This document shows, piece after piece, positions 16,406 to 26,061 of a stretch of 32,000 nucleotides of DNA. Numbering within the stretch: the first letter of the stretch is position 1; each line of letters begins with the position of its first letter. The stretch comes from Klebsiella phage JIPh_Kp122. The notes beneath the pieces were generated by a model. That model saw only the letters and a list, made by a program, of their open reading frames with translations, searched no databases and had not been told where the DNA came from. The translations under genes were made by a program, and so were the position numbers. The DNA is taken from sequence record MN434095.1; one strand, given 5' to 3'.

Positions 16406-17367
16406 CATTTCCACTGCATCTCTACAACAAGTTGAATAAGCATATAAACCAAATGTAATTCAATCGAAGCTGCTACACCATGATACTGGTTATTTTCACC
16501 AATGATTTCATACATTCTGATAATACTTGGGCCAGTAACCATTGTATACAGTTCCGAAGAAAGTTTATCTACGAACCAAGTATAGTCTGCAGCATATTTC
16601 GGAGCAAGAGCACGGAGTTCTTTGATGTTCTTGGTTTTAATAGCTTCAATGACATCTTCAATTGAGCCGCGGTCATTTAGAACAATAGACAAGATACCTG
16701 CATCAATCACACCCTTAGAAGAATAATGATCAAGCATGTTGATGGTCTTACGGAATTCTGGAAAATTCTTTTTGACCAAAGCAGCTACAACTTTCTTATC
16801 TTCAACTACCACGCCTTCATTTTCACAAATTGCGAGACAACGTTTAAGCATCTCGATTTGCATTGGCTTAACATCAGATGGAGATGGTTTACCAAAATTA
16901 ATTACACGGCAACGAGACTGAAGAGGTTTAATGATACCGTCAAGATTGTTTGCAGTAATGATAATAGTACAGTTTGTGCTATACGCTTCCATGAATGAAC
17001 GCAGATGCCGTTGAGATTCTGCAAGACCTGCTCGGTCGAATTCATCAATCACGATAATTTTCTGCTTACCTGCAATGGATGCAGAACTTGCGAATGCAGT
17101 TAACGGTCCACGAACGAAATCAATTTTACAATCAGAACCATTCACGAACATCATTTCAGCATTAATGTCATTACATAATGCTTTAGCTACTGTGGTCTTA
17201 CCGGTGCCTGGAGAAGTACTATGGAGAATTAAATGAGGAATTTTTCCTTTAGCTACTAAAGCCGAAAAAATTTCTTTATCTTCAGCAGGCAATACACACT
17301 CAGAAATAGTACCTGGACGATATTTCTGTTCCCACATAAAGTCTGCTTCGTTTACTGTCAATTTCAT
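16405..17367 (-). CDS. 44: sliding clamp loader large subunit gp44
   Basis: AAA+ ATPase: HSTSPGTGKTTVAKAL, IIVIDEFDR, LQSRCR. Confidence 0.97.
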   Translation of the reverse strand: MKLTVNEADFMWEQKYRPGTISECVLPAEDKEIFSALVAKGKIPHLILHSTSPGTGKTTVAKALCNDINAEMMFVNGSDCKIDFVRGPLTAFASSASIAGKQKIIVIDEFDRAGLAESQRHLRSFMEAYSTNCTIIITANNLDGIIKPLQSRCRVINFGKPSPSDVKPMQIEMLKRCLAICENEGVVVEDKKVVAALVKKNFPEFRKTINMLDHYSSKGVIDAGILSIVLNDRGSIEDVIEAIKTKNIKELRALAPKYAADYTWFVDKLSSELYTMVTGPSIIRMYEIIGENNQYHGVAASIELHLVYMLIQLVVEMQWK

Positions 17368-17394
17368 TTATATTTCCTCATTCAGATTAAAGAT

Positions 17395-17408
17395 GGGGCC
17401 GAAGCCCC
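17395..17408 (-). terminator. UUCG-loop hairpin after gene 45
   Basis: Minus RNA GGGGC-TTCG-GCCCC then ATCTTTAAT. Confidence 0.65.
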
Positions 17409-17415
17409 GAATTTA

Positions 17416-18117
17416 TTACTCAAAGTCAAAGGTACTATCTGCTTCCATTGCTACCACATAAGAGGCTGATGCACCTTCAAATTTTGCTGCAGTCTGTTTC
17501 TTAGCACCGTTCATTTTTGCCCACAGCATCAGCTTGTAATCACCAACAGTCATTTTCATATTGCTCATGTTGATGATGAAGTTGAAGTTACCTTCGCCAT
17601 CATAATCACCGAGCGTCAGAGAATACTTCGGACGAGTCAGTGCAGCGTCTTCTACTTTATTATAACCACGCAGAACAATTTTACCATCAACGTTGGTGAT
17701 AGCAATTGTGTCAATCTGCATACCACGAGACACTCGCATCAGTTGCTGCAGGTCTTCACCTTTAAAATCAATAATTACGTTTGCTACCGGGAATGGGATT
17801 GGTTTAGTAGGGAACACGATTGTGCTCGGATCAGCTGCTGGCCAGAAGATAGTTGAGCGAGCATCTTTAATTGCCAGATTACCATCTTCCTGCATGATAA
17901 TATCTGCATCGTCACCAACCAGAGACAGAATGCTAAGGAAACTGTTTAGGTCATAAATTGCTACATCAGTATCGATAGTATCAGAGATTGTGGCTTCAGC
18001 ATAAGTCGTACCGTTAACAGCACGAGTCATGATAAAATTGCCAGGTTTCAGCATGATACCAGAGTTGATGGTGGAGAAGTTTTTCAGAATGTTCAGAGTT
18101 TCTTTAGAGAATTTCAT
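17416..18117 (-). CDS. 45: sliding clamp gp45
   Basis: MKFSKETLNILKNFSTINSGI.LK.GNFI.TRAVNGTTYAEA; position after 44. Confidence 0.96.
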   Translation of the reverse strand: MKFSKETLNILKNFSTINSGIMLKPGNFIMTRAVNGTTYAEATISDTIDTDVAIYDLNSFLSILSLVGDDADIIMQEDGNLAIKDARSTIFWPAADPSTIVFPTKPIPFPVANVIIDFKGEDLQQLMRVSRGMQIDTIAITNVDGKIVLRGYNKVEDAALTRPKYSLTLGDYDGEGNFNFIINMSNMKMTVGDYKLMLWAKMNGAKKQTAAKFEGASASYVVAMEADSTFDFE

Positions 18118-18146
18118 TTCAATACCTTTTAATTAAGTTCAGGATA

Positions 18147-18173
18147 ATTATATCAAGCTGCGAATGTAGCAGT
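18147..18173 (-). promoter_or_regulatory. candidate middle promoter for gene 45
   Basis: ACTGCTACA (7/9 to MotA box), 12-nt spacer, TATAAT. Confidence 0.4.
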
Positions 18174-18530
18174 TAATTCTTCTGCAACAATCTGACCTGC
18201 CGCAACGAGTTGCTCATCAGCATCTACGCAGTAATCATTTTCTAGACGTTCGCCACCATGACGGTCAGTAACAATTTTAGCACCAGCCTTGATTGATTCG
18301 TTGTAATGCTTACGCATCAATTCAATCCATTTTTCTGCAACTTCGTCGTCAATAGATTTATAGAAAGCAAAGCGAGCCTCAGAATCTTTAATCTTATCTT
18401 TAATAGCTGCTTTAGTTTCTTCAGTTAGAGCCAGAACCCAAGATTTACGAATACGATTTTGGTTATTCGGGTTGGAATCTGCACGTACGTTTTTAACCTG
18501 GATATCTTTCACATCAACAAAATTAATCAT
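18153..18530 (-). CDS. rpbA: RNA polymerase-binding protein RpbA
   Basis: 125 aa from ATG 18530 (MINFVDVKDIQVKNVRAD...), T4 size and position between 45 and 46. Confidence 0.85.
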   Translation of the reverse strand: MINFVDVKDIQVKNVRADSNPNNQNRIRKSWVLALTEETKAAIKDKIKDSEARFAFYKSIDDEVAEKWIELMRKHYNESIKAGAKIVTDRHGGERLENDYCVDADEQLVAAGQIVAEELTATFAA

Positions 18531-18540
18531 TATATTTACC

Positions 18541-18735
18541 TTAATCGTAATAATCTTCAACCATCCAACCGGGATTCCTGCTGGACATGACTCTATTATA
18601 TTCATTTCCTGTAAAAGCATCTCGTAACATTTCTTCTGTTACTAAGTGCTTTTCATCAGAAAACAAATTAGTTAACACATATCGCTTTACTTCAGGAAAG
18701 GCCAGCAGATGCTGGCCAGTTGTAAACTCATTCAT
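18541..18735 (-). CDS. conserved hypothetical (45.2-like)
   Basis: 64-aa ORF between rpbA and 46, overlapping 46 by 4 nt. Confidence 0.7.
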   Translation of the reverse strand: MNEFTTGQHLLAFPEVKRYVLTNLFSDEKHLVTEEMLRDAFTGNEYNRVMSSRNPGWMVEDYYD

Positions 18736-20414
18736 TCCATCACCGTGAATCGTCCGACCTTCTTCATTTGAAGGTGTTGGCCATATGCCTGCGGGTCATG
18801 GTCACGGTGAGAAATAATAAACACATTAGCATCTACCATCTTATTCAGAATAGCAGTTATTGCCTTAACACCTTCTGCGTCGGTAGCCGAGTCATAGACT
18901 TCGTCAAGGAACAAACAGTTTATTTTAACACCAGAAACCTTTTCAGCAATATCACGCCACGTGAATAGTAATGCTATATCGATTCGAGCTTTTTCACCTT
19001 GACTAAACGAGGCATAACTAAACTCTTCTCGTCCACGAGATTTAATCGTTTCAGAGAACTCTTCGTTTAATGTAAACGAATAGTCAGCTTCCATAATTTT
19101 TAGGTAGCTATTAATTTGCTTATTGAACATCGGGATGTACTTCTTGATGATAGCTCCTTTAATACCGGAGTCTTTCAGCATTTCAGTTAAAATACCTCGA
19201 CGATATTTTTCCATAACCAAATTAGTTTTGACGAGGATAATTTTATCTAATTCCTCTTGTAGCAATTCAATCTTGTCAGAGTTATCAATGAACTCCTGTG
19301 ATGCTTTATCAATTGCTGCTTTAATACGACGTGCTTTATCAACTGCAGTTAAAGTCATCTGCTTCAAATTACTCATTTGATTTTTGATGTCTCTTGCACG
19401 CGTACGAATAGTATTATACTCGCGAGCTAGTTCATCCAGTTCACTCTGGCGCGTCTTTAACTCGCCAAGAATGGTATTACATTCTTCAACATGATGATTA
19501 ATCTTAGTGATTAGAGTGTCATTAGAATGCAAATCCTGTAAGCACGTTGGGCAATGACCACCTTTATCATACAACCCAAGAACCTTTGAGTATGATTCAA
19601 TTTTAGAACGAATCTTAAAGGTTTTACCTTGAACTTCTTGAATTGACTCTGCTGGGTCATCACCAATCACAAGTTCAAGCAGTTCGCTTTGAAGAGTTTC
19701 TAATTCTGCTTTATATCCTCGTGCCTCTTTCACTTGCTCATCATACATCGCCTGCAGGCGAGCTACGTTATCACCAGAAAGTTTCTTCTGCTTTTCTGCG
19801 TACTCATGATGAGTTTTAATTTCATTGGTTAATGCTTCACGACGAACATCATTAACTTGAATTTGCTGGTTAATTTCTCTGATTTGGGTTTTATTCAGTT
19901 TGTCCATATCAGCCAGGAGAGACACCTCAAGCAAGTCTTCAACGAGCTTACGTCTATTCCCAGTGGACAATCCCATGAATGGAGTATATCCAGCAGTTCC
20001 TAGCACAACAATTTGCTTAAATGATGAGTATGACATTCCGATGAGGCTTTCAAAGTATGATTGGAAATCCTTTGAACTTGCAGCCTCATCAAGCTTGTTC
20101 CCATCTCGTAAAATTTCAAAGACGTTTGGTTTCTGTCCGCGCTTTATGTAGAAACTATGGCCGTCATACTCCATCCATAATTCTACTACAGAGTCCTTCT
20201 TATTAAAGGAGTTAATTAATTGACCTTTCTTAATATCGCGAAATGGCTTTCCAAATAGAGCAAAGGTGATGGCTTCAAGCATAGTACTTTTACCTCCACC
20301 ATTCTTGCCCGTGATTAAGGTCTTTTGACATTTATCAAGTTGAATGTCAATAGCCGCCTGGCCAACTGACATTATATTCTTATATTTGACACGATTTAGT
20401 TTAAAAGTCTTCAC
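18732..20414 (-). CDS. 46: recombination endonuclease subunit gp46 (Rad50/SbcC-like)
   Basis: KTLITGKNGGGKSTMLEAITFALFG Walker A, GHCPTCLQ zinc hook, NCLFLDEVYDSATD Walker B. Confidence 0.97.
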   Translation of the reverse strand: MKTFKLNRVKYKNIMSVGQAAIDIQLDKCQKTLITGKNGGGKSTMLEAITFALFGKPFRDIKKGQLINSFNKKDSVVELWMEYDGHSFYIKRGQKPNVFEILRDGNKLDEAASSKDFQSYFESLIGMSYSSFKQIVVLGTAGYTPFMGLSTGNRRKLVEDLLEVSLLADMDKLNKTQIREINQQIQVNDVRREALTNEIKTHHEYAEKQKKLSGDNVARLQAMYDEQVKEARGYKAELETLQSELLELVIGDDPAESIQEVQGKTFKIRSKIESYSKVLGLYDKGGHCPTCLQDLHSNDTLITKINHHVEECNTILGELKTRQSELDELAREYNTIRTRARDIKNQMSNLKQMTLTAVDKARRIKAAIDKASQEFIDNSDKIELLQEELDKIILVKTNLVMEKYRRGILTEMLKDSGIKGAIIKKYIPMFNKQINSYLKIMEADYSFTLNEEFSETIKSRGREEFSYASFSQGEKARIDIALLFTWRDIAEKVSGVKINCLFLDEVYDSATDAEGVKAITAILNKMVDANVFIISHRDHDPQAYGQHLQMKKVGRFTVME

Positions 20415-21433
20415 TGATTTTGTGCCTCAATATATAACTGTTTAGACATAACTTTTAAGGCCTTGATGTCATCTTTGGACAGGTCTTCAAGTGCTTGGAT
20501 ATATTCTTCCATTAAATCCAATAAGCTTTTAACTTCTACTTCTTCACCGTCTTCAGACTCGACCGAGTTATCTACCTTAGAAACAGTTCTTAATTCATGT
20601 ACTACTTTTTCGAGTTCGGATTCAAACTTTGGAAGATTTTCATCTACTGCAGTAACAATAATTCGCACTGCAAGATTTCTGAATTCTTCAAAATCAACTT
20701 GCCCTGTGACAGGATAAATCAATTTTCTATGCCAGGTGATTTCATTAGGGACGAAATCAAAGGTTGATAATCCAGTGTCTTGAACCCAGAATCCGCGTGG
20801 GTCGTTCTCATCACCCGCAGTAAGCGTCCAAGGCGTTCCGATGTACTTAACGTTTGCTGCGCTTGAGATGGTGTGGAAGTGTCCAGACCAAACTTGCTTG
20901 TACTTTTTGAGGAAATCTGGTTCCAACCCATGAGATTTCATACCTTTATAAAAATAGAAGCCATTAAGCTCCCAGTGACCAATGCAGTATTCAGCAGACG
21001 ATTCTTTGATATGCTTCATAATTTCTGATGCGTTCTCTTCACACATCCATGGGCACAAGTCAATCAAAGTCCCATCAAAATCCATAGTCGTAGGTTTATC
21101 AATCACCGTGATATGGTCATACTTACCAAGAATTTCAGTTGATGCATTGGGTGTCAACGTATTCTTGTAGTGCATATCATGGTTGCCTACAATAGTGATT
21201 AAATTAATTCCTTCTCCTTCAAGGGATTCAGCAATTTCACGAGCAAATTCCATTGTCTTATGAGTAATGGCTTTACGAACGTCAAAAATATCACCATACT
21301 GAATCCAAGTAGTGATTTCATTTTCTTTTGAATATTCAATCGCCTGTTGAATTCCATGACGTTGAACGTCTTGAACCCACGGGTCATCGTTGCGGACACC
21401 TAAGTGCCAATCGCCAGTATGTAGAATTTTCAT
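20411..21433 (-). CDS. 47: recombination endonuclease subunit gp47 (Mre11/SbcD-like)
   Basis: MKILHTGDWHLG, YGDIFD, TIVGNHDMH, GHFHT metallophosphoesterase motifs. Confidence 0.97.
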   Translation of the reverse strand: MKILHTGDWHLGVRNDDPWVQDVQRHGIQQAIEYSKENEITTWIQYGDIFDVRKAITHKTMEFAREIAESLEGEGINLITIVGNHDMHYKNTLTPNASTEILGKYDHITVIDKPTTMDFDGTLIDLCPWMCEENASEIMKHIKESSAEYCIGHWELNGFYFYKGMKSHGLEPDFLKKYKQVWSGHFHTISSAANVKYIGTPWTLTAGDENDPRGFWVQDTGLSTFDFVPNEITWHRKLIYPVTGQVDFEEFRNLAVRIIVTAVDENLPKFESELEKVVHELRTVSKVDNSVESEDGEEVEVKSLLDLMEEYIQALEDLSKDDIKALKVMSKQLYIEAQNQ

Positions 21434-21479
21434 ATAACCTCTCTAGTAGAGTTTAATTTTATATTATCCCATGAATAGC

Positions 21480-21498
21480 AAAAAGGGCCCGAAGGCCC
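21480..21498 (-). terminator. intrinsic terminator after alpha-gt
   Basis: Minus RNA GGGCC-TTCG-GGCCC-TTTTT. Confidence 0.85.
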
Positions 21499-21503
21499 AT
21501 TAC

Positions 21504-22700
21504 TTATTTTGTCATTAACTCAAATTGTTCTTTAAAGCAATGCTCAGAATCTTGGTGTTCTACCAGGAATTCATATGCTTTATTTCGCTCTTTATCATAG
21601 AGCTTCCGGTCAGATGACAGATGTTTCATTCGTTCAAAGACTTCATTTTTATTTTCATCATTCAACCACAAAATGCCAGAATCATGAGAAGTCAACGGCT
21701 TTCCATCAACCCGGAATTTCAAAGCATCACCAGTAGCTTTATGGAACACAGGAATAGTTCCACAAGCGCCTAGTTCTAAATGCGTGTATTCCAGCGAACG
21801 CTCAAGGAATTTATCCGGAAGACGTGACAGCTGATAGCCAAATCCAGACTGAGACATACGCTCAAGCATCTCAGAGTTAACATATCGGTCAAGAACTTGA
21901 GGATTCAAACCTGGGCCAGTTTTAACCTGATGATAATGACGGCAATAATCGATTTCATAGCGTTCTTTGATGTTAATAAACGCTGGACTACGCTCTAATC
22001 CTTCCAGGATAGTCGTTTTACCTGCGGGACGCAGATGACTTTCATGAAAATCAAACATCAAGAAATAGCCTTTCCATGTAGTAGTACGACCAATCCAACG
22101 GTGGATATCAAAATCAATGGCAGAGAAATCTTTCCAATACTTATCACGAATTGCTTTGATGTTCATAGCAGGTTGAAAGTTATAAACCGGAGGCGCCGAA
22201 TCAGAATCATCAAAGAAGCTCAATCCGCCGCTTGGAAAATATTCTTCCATTAGCACGGTGTTAAAATCACCGTTGGAGCTATGACTAAACAGTACATCAG
22301 CACGCTTAACGGTTTCTTCAAGACCAGCATTTCTACGAAGTGACAACGCTCTATGGTCATGCTGATACACGACTACCCGAACTTCAGGTTTAATGTTCTC
22401 TATGAGCTTCTTATAGTTATCAATCGCTGCTTCTGGCGCGTTAATAGCCGGTACTGAGTTAATGATAAGAATATCACAAGCATTAAGCAGAGATAAAGTC
22501 TTATCGTAATCATCTGCCAGAGACACAGGAATAGTTACATCTTTGTAGTTATGCGCTCTATTACGTGTAAACGCTTTATCTTTAGCGTAAATGATATTTA
22601 CTTCATGGCCATGTTTTACTAACCACTCACGGTGCTCGAGACTGAACTTGGTTACACCGCAGCCCTCAAGTCCGCGAGCCATTAAAATATTAATCTTCAT
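21504..22700 (-). CDS. agt: DNA alpha-glucosyltransferase (hmC-DNA modification)
   Basis: MKINILMARGLEGCGVTKFSLEHREWLVKHGHEV..IYAKDK.FTR, CDILIINSVPA, VVVYQHDH..LSLRRN.GLEETV.RADV.FSHS, NRWIGRTTTWKG match the T4 AGT pattern. Start inside the track ORF (21504..22754) inferred at MKINIL. Confidence 0.95.
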   Translation of the reverse strand: MKINILMARGLEGCGVTKFSLEHREWLVKHGHEVNIIYAKDKAFTRNRAHNYKDVTIPVSLADDYDKTLSLLNACDILIINSVPAINAPEAAIDNYKKLIENIKPEVRVVVYQHDHRALSLRRNAGLEETVKRADVLFSHSSNGDFNTVLMEEYFPSGGLSFFDDSDSAPPVYNFQPAMNIKAIRDKYWKDFSAIDFDIHRWIGRTTTWKGYFLMFDFHESHLRPAGKTTILEGLERSPAFINIKERYEIDYCRHYHQVKTGPGLNPQVLDRYVNSEMLERMSQSGFGYQLSRLPDKFLERSLEYTHLELGACGTIPVFHKATGDALKFRVDGKPLTSHDSGILWLNDENKNEVFERMKHLSSDRKLYDKERNKAYEFLVEHQDSEHCFKEQFELMTK

Positions 22701-22753
22701 ATGTTGACCTTTGTTGTTAATTTTGAATATTTTACCATTCCCGTAATAAAGCA

Positions 22754-22771
22754 AAAGGGCCGAAGCCCTTT
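22754..22771 (-). terminator. UUCG-loop terminator
   Basis: Minus RNA AAAGGGC-TTCG-GCCCTTT-TGCTTT. Confidence 0.8.
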
Positions 22772-23036
22772 AAATTTTCTTGTATACAACATAACCCGCT
22801 GCTTCACATATACGCTTAGCTTCTTCAAAGCGTCTAAGCATATCTACCTTAGCATTATGAATCGCTTCATAATCGGGAGCAGGTGCTTCTCTCCGAGCAG
22901 TATCACATTTATAACAGAAGTAACTACGCTTTGGTCCTGTATAACGTTCTGAACAATTACTGCACCGGCATGTATAATTTCCTTCCGGCCAATCATGCCC
23001 AGGGTTAGAACCCATCAAATTCGTCATACATCCCAA
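22770..23036 (-). CDS. small zinc-ribbon-like hypothetical protein
   Basis: YTCRCSNCSERYTGPKRSYFCYKCDTARRE: C-x-C-x2-C...C-x2-C. Confidence 0.6.
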   Translation of the reverse strand: MGCMTNLMGSNPGHDWPEGNYTCRCSNCSERYTGPKRSYFCYKCDTARREAPAPDYEAIHNAKVDMLRRFEEAKRICEAAGYVVYKKI

Positions 23037-23100
23037 TTCTCTTCACTAGTAATAAAATCAGGGTGTTCATCTAAATCAATGAATCCCCAGTTCTCTTCGT

Positions 23101-23298
23101 TTACCATTCATACCACCGTTTAACTTGGAAGGTGTCAACCCAGACAAGAGAGTTCTTATCAATTAGCTTACATCCTTCGGTAGAGCCTAACACGCGATAT
23201 TGATTATCTGCTACCTTTACTGCCATCGTACCAGTCGCAGTGTTTAAAGTAAATCCTGCGTCTTTACGAACACGTTTAAATTTTACTTGTACCAGCAT
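23101..23298 (-). CDS. hypothetical protein (65 aa)
   Basis: Complete ORF tiled with neighbours. Confidence 0.5.
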   Translation of the reverse strand: MLVQVKFKRVRKDAGFTLNTATGTMAVKVADNQYRVLGSTEGCKLIDKNSLVWVDTFQVKRWYEW

Positions 23299-23578
23299 TT
23301 AGAATGTCCCAAACAGATTTACGAGAGGTATTCCAGCAAGTCAGAATAATCTCATCATTAAAAGGTTGTTTTAAAATAGTACGCAGTTTTTCAATAGCAT
23401 ACTTGTAAGCAGGGAAATTATTGTCTAATACCGCGTCTCCAGCATGAGCTTTTAATCGCTCAAGTTCACGACGGTTTTTACGAACAATTTTGTTGGCTCG
23501 AGCAATAGCTTGTTCTTCTGCCGCTTCCATTAGTTTCTGTTGAAGTTCGTCGCGCTCTTCCTGGGTAATGTTGTTCAT
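23276..23578 (-). CDS. hypothetical coiled-coil-like protein
   Basis: Complete 100-aa ORF. Confidence 0.6.
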   Translation of the reverse strand: MNNITQEERDELQQKLMEAAEEQAIARANKIVRKNRRELERLKAHAGDAVLDNNFPAYKYAIEKLRTILKQPFNDEIILTCWNTSRKSVWDILNAGTSKI

Positions 23579-23579
23579 G

Positions 23580-23891
23580 TTATTCCTTTGGATGGTAATT
23601 TATTTCAAATGTGAATTCAGTATCAGTCCAATTATAACTGTGTTCAATTATAGCAGAATCTGACCTGAAATCAGCGTCATGTGGATTTTTCGGGTCAATG
23701 TGAATATCAAGATCAAGCACCTCCCTTAAATACATCTTTAGCAAATAAGGGATAGCGTCTAGGTCTTGCACATCTTCTAAAAACCCGTCGAGGTTAATCT
23801 TCAGCCTCATATAAAAATTCCAGATTAGGTCCATCGCTTGTAGGTTCGCTCTTTTTAGCAGACCCTGGCGCCTTATAAGCGGTGGATTCAT
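23580..23891 (-). CDS. hypothetical protein; true start probably MDLIWNFY...
   Basis: ORF overlaps 3' end of gene 55; an internal Met fits better. Confidence 0.5.
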   Translation of the reverse strand: MNPPLIRRQGLLKRANLQAMDLIWNFYMRLKINLDGFLEDVQDLDAIPYLLKMYLREVLDLDIHIDPKNPHDADFRSDSAIIEHSYNWTDTEFTFEINYHPKE

Positions 23892-24360
23892 ACTGCGTCA
23901 TTTTGTCGTAGATGTCCTGAATAAAGGTTTCATCTGCTAACGCAACCATATCATCGTCCCGTGAATCATACACGTTGTGGACAAAATAGCTGTATTTCTT
24001 TGCCATTTCTTTGCGTTCTTTTTTGATACGCTGAACGAATGCATTGAAACAAGCTTGGGTTATATACGCATGCGGGTTATCATACTTAGTTTCATCGAAG
24101 TTGATTAAGCCTTTAATTGCGGCTTCAATCCCGTCTGAAATCATTTCTTGCTTCCAGGATTGGGTGTATCCTGAAAAGTTGAAACGCTTACTCAGACCTT
24201 CTGCGATCAGCATAATAGCAAGGCCGATCGTATCGTTCTGTTTTACTACTCGAGGACCACCAGCAGCTTCAGACTCCCGGCACTTCTCTTTCCACGCACA
24301 GATTGATTTATACAGTTCCTTGTTATTTACATAATTACTCATATTGCCTCTTCGCTTCAA
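23794..24360 (-). CDS. 55: late-transcription sigma factor gp55
   Basis: [86 protein letters not shown] match T4 gp55; start probably MSNYVNN. Confidence 0.97.
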   Translation of the reverse strand: MKRRGNMSNYVNNKELYKSICAWKEKCRESEAAGGPRVVKQNDTIGLAIMLIAEGLSKRFNFSGYTQSWKQEMISDGIEAAIKGLINFDETKYDNPHAYITQACFNAFVQRIKKERKEMAKKYSYFVHNVYDSRDDDMVALADETFIQDIYDKMTQYESTAYKAPGSAKKSEPTSDGPNLEFLYEAED

Positions 24361-24408
24361 TTAATAATATCTATTATAACAAATTTGGGAAGCGAGAGGA
24401 TTAAAGCA

Positions 24409-24654
24409 TTACTTAATCAATTCAGCGCATGCAATTAATTTCATCATGATACGATAAAAATCGTTATACGTGAAATCTAATGGAACATCAATGACGGCTT
24501 CAAAATCTTCAAATACACGCTCCATTCCATAACCAGCGATATCATCTGATTCAGCATACCAGTACGTTCCATCTTGTGCAAAAGTTATTTGGCTATTTTC
24601 AAGACAGAACACACCTTTAATATTTTCATGTGTAAGAGTCAATTGAATTTTCAT
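24409..24654 (-). CDS. hypothetical acidic small protein
   Basis: Complete ORF. Confidence 0.6.
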   Translation of the reverse strand: MKIQLTLTHENIKGVFCLENSQITFAQDGTYWYAESDDIAGYGMERVFEDFEAVIDVPLDFTYNDFYRIMMKLIACAELIK

Positions 24655-24929
24655 AGTTCACCCTTCATAATACGATAGCATTGGAACAGCTGTTCCATGA
24701 TACGTTTGAACTCAACCAAACTAAGTTCAAACCAATCAGATTCATCTACTTCATGCATCATTTCCATGAATGAAGAGTATAAACTTTCATAATGAGTTTC
24801 ATTTAACATAGAGGCATGCGTTTCCCAATACATGCCCTCTTCATTGTCAAACCAAACACCCATATAAGAATCTATAGTAAATCCGCCAATGCCTTCTACT
24901 ACAATCATAATTTGGTTTACTTTAGCCAT
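24651..24929 (-). CDS. hypothetical acidic small protein
   Basis: Complete ORF, 4-nt overlap with the next gene. Confidence 0.6.
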   Translation of the reverse strand: MAKVNQIMIVVEGIGGFTIDSYMGVWFDNEEGMYWETHASMLNETHYESLYSSFMEMMHEVDESDWFELSLVEFKRIMEQLFQCYRIMKGEL

Positions 24930-25141
24930 GCTTTCACCGAGTCAATAGCATCTTCAAATTTAGAGAAAGCATCCACGGATGTGTATTCATTCTCACCAGA
25001 GCGTTCATAAATCCAAAACGCGTCAAAATCTTCTTCAATGATGAATTCCCCGTTAGGAGTTTCAATCGTGTTTCTGCCATCAGGCGTTTTAGATATAAAC
25101 CATCCAAGAAAACCAACTTCTGCAATCTGTTCTTCAGTCAT
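24917..25141 (-). CDS. hypothetical acidic small protein
   Basis: Complete ORF. Confidence 0.55.
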   Translation of the reverse strand: MTEEQIAEVGFLGWFISKTPDGRNTIETPNGEFIIEEDFDAFWIYERSGENEYTSVDAFSKFEDAIDSVKAWLK

Positions 25142-25421
25142 TTAAAATTTCCACCAATTGATTATAGTTTAATGCCTTTCCAGAAGAAATCATAACATTA
25201 CAAAATCTGTATAATGCTTCTTTTGATACTTTATACACATAATCAGAAGTTGTTATAATGTATGAAATACGTACAAATGTTGGGGATTTTTCTGCCAATT
25301 CATACGCCAGTTTTCTAGCTCTGCCAATATCATCGGCAAACTTGGTATCAGCAAGCAAAATACTATCAAATACCCAACGGTTAGTAAAAATTTCTGTGTA
25401 TAGAATAACCTTACGCATCAA
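25134..25421 (-). CDS. hypothetical protein
   Basis: Complete ORF. Confidence 0.55.
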   Translation of the reverse strand: MMRKVILYTEIFTNRWVFDSILLADTKFADDIGRARKLAYELAEKSPTFVRISYIITTSDYVYKVSKEALYRFCNVMISSGKALNYNQLVEILND

Positions 25422-25668
25422 GATACTCTCGCAGTTCCTGCTCGTTTAACCCTTCTTGCCACATCTCTGACGGAGATGGAAGTTGGCTGTCTAGAGTGGA
25501 TGAATCAATTGGAAATACTCTGATAATTACGCTAGTATCTTCACCCCATTGATTTGTGAGTATCCGTTTAGCCTGACTAATGTCAGGCTCAGAATGAGCC
25601 CGGATATACTTAATCCTTCTATGCCATACACCGGTAGGAATAGATGCGCACACGATATATGAAATCAT
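25411..25668 (-). CDS. hypothetical protein
   Basis: Complete ORF. Confidence 0.55.
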   Translation of the reverse strand: MISYIVCASIPTGVWHRRIKYIRAHSEPDISQAKRILTNQWGEDTSVIIRVFPIDSSTLDSQLPSPSEMWQEGLNEQELREYLDA

Positions 25669-25997
25669 TTCGCCGCCTTAACCGCTTTAACATCGCGGAA
25701 GCCTTTCTTACGTTGATTCTTCATCTTACGAATAGTGCTTTCAGAAATTTCACCGATACCCGGAGTGATTGGTTCTACACCAAAGGCTTTAATGCCAAAT
25801 TCAGACAGAAGATAAGCAACAACTAATTCACGGATGCGGGCTTTACCAATTTTTTGGCCTTCTTCTTTCATCGTACCGTGAAGCTCAACTTCCCACTGAT
25901 CAAGCAAAGACGGAGTTACACAACGTCCTTCTTCCAGCATTGCAGATACTTTATCATAAGCAAAAGAGTTCAGTACGTTTTTGATTGCTTGGGACAT
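25665..25997 (-). CDS. conserved hypothetical, basic C-terminus
   Basis: Complete 110-aa ORF ending RKMKNQRKKGFRDVKAVKAAK. Confidence 0.6.
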   Translation of the reverse strand: MSQAIKNVLNSFAYDKVSAMLEEGRCVTPSLLDQWEVELHGTMKEEGQKIGKARIRELVVAYLLSEFGIKAFGVEPITPGIGEISESTIRKMKNQRKKGFRDVKAVKAAK

Positions 25998-26061
25998 ATT
26001 AATTTCCTCAGTAACGATTGTTTTGACAAAGGAGATTCTAAATCAAATCTCCTGTAGCAAA

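Noticed and set aside
20411-20414. Gene 46/47 overlap as frameshift or fusion
   Set aside because: Ordinary 4-nt ATGA-type overlap between two complete genes; T4 46.1/46.2 are simply absent.
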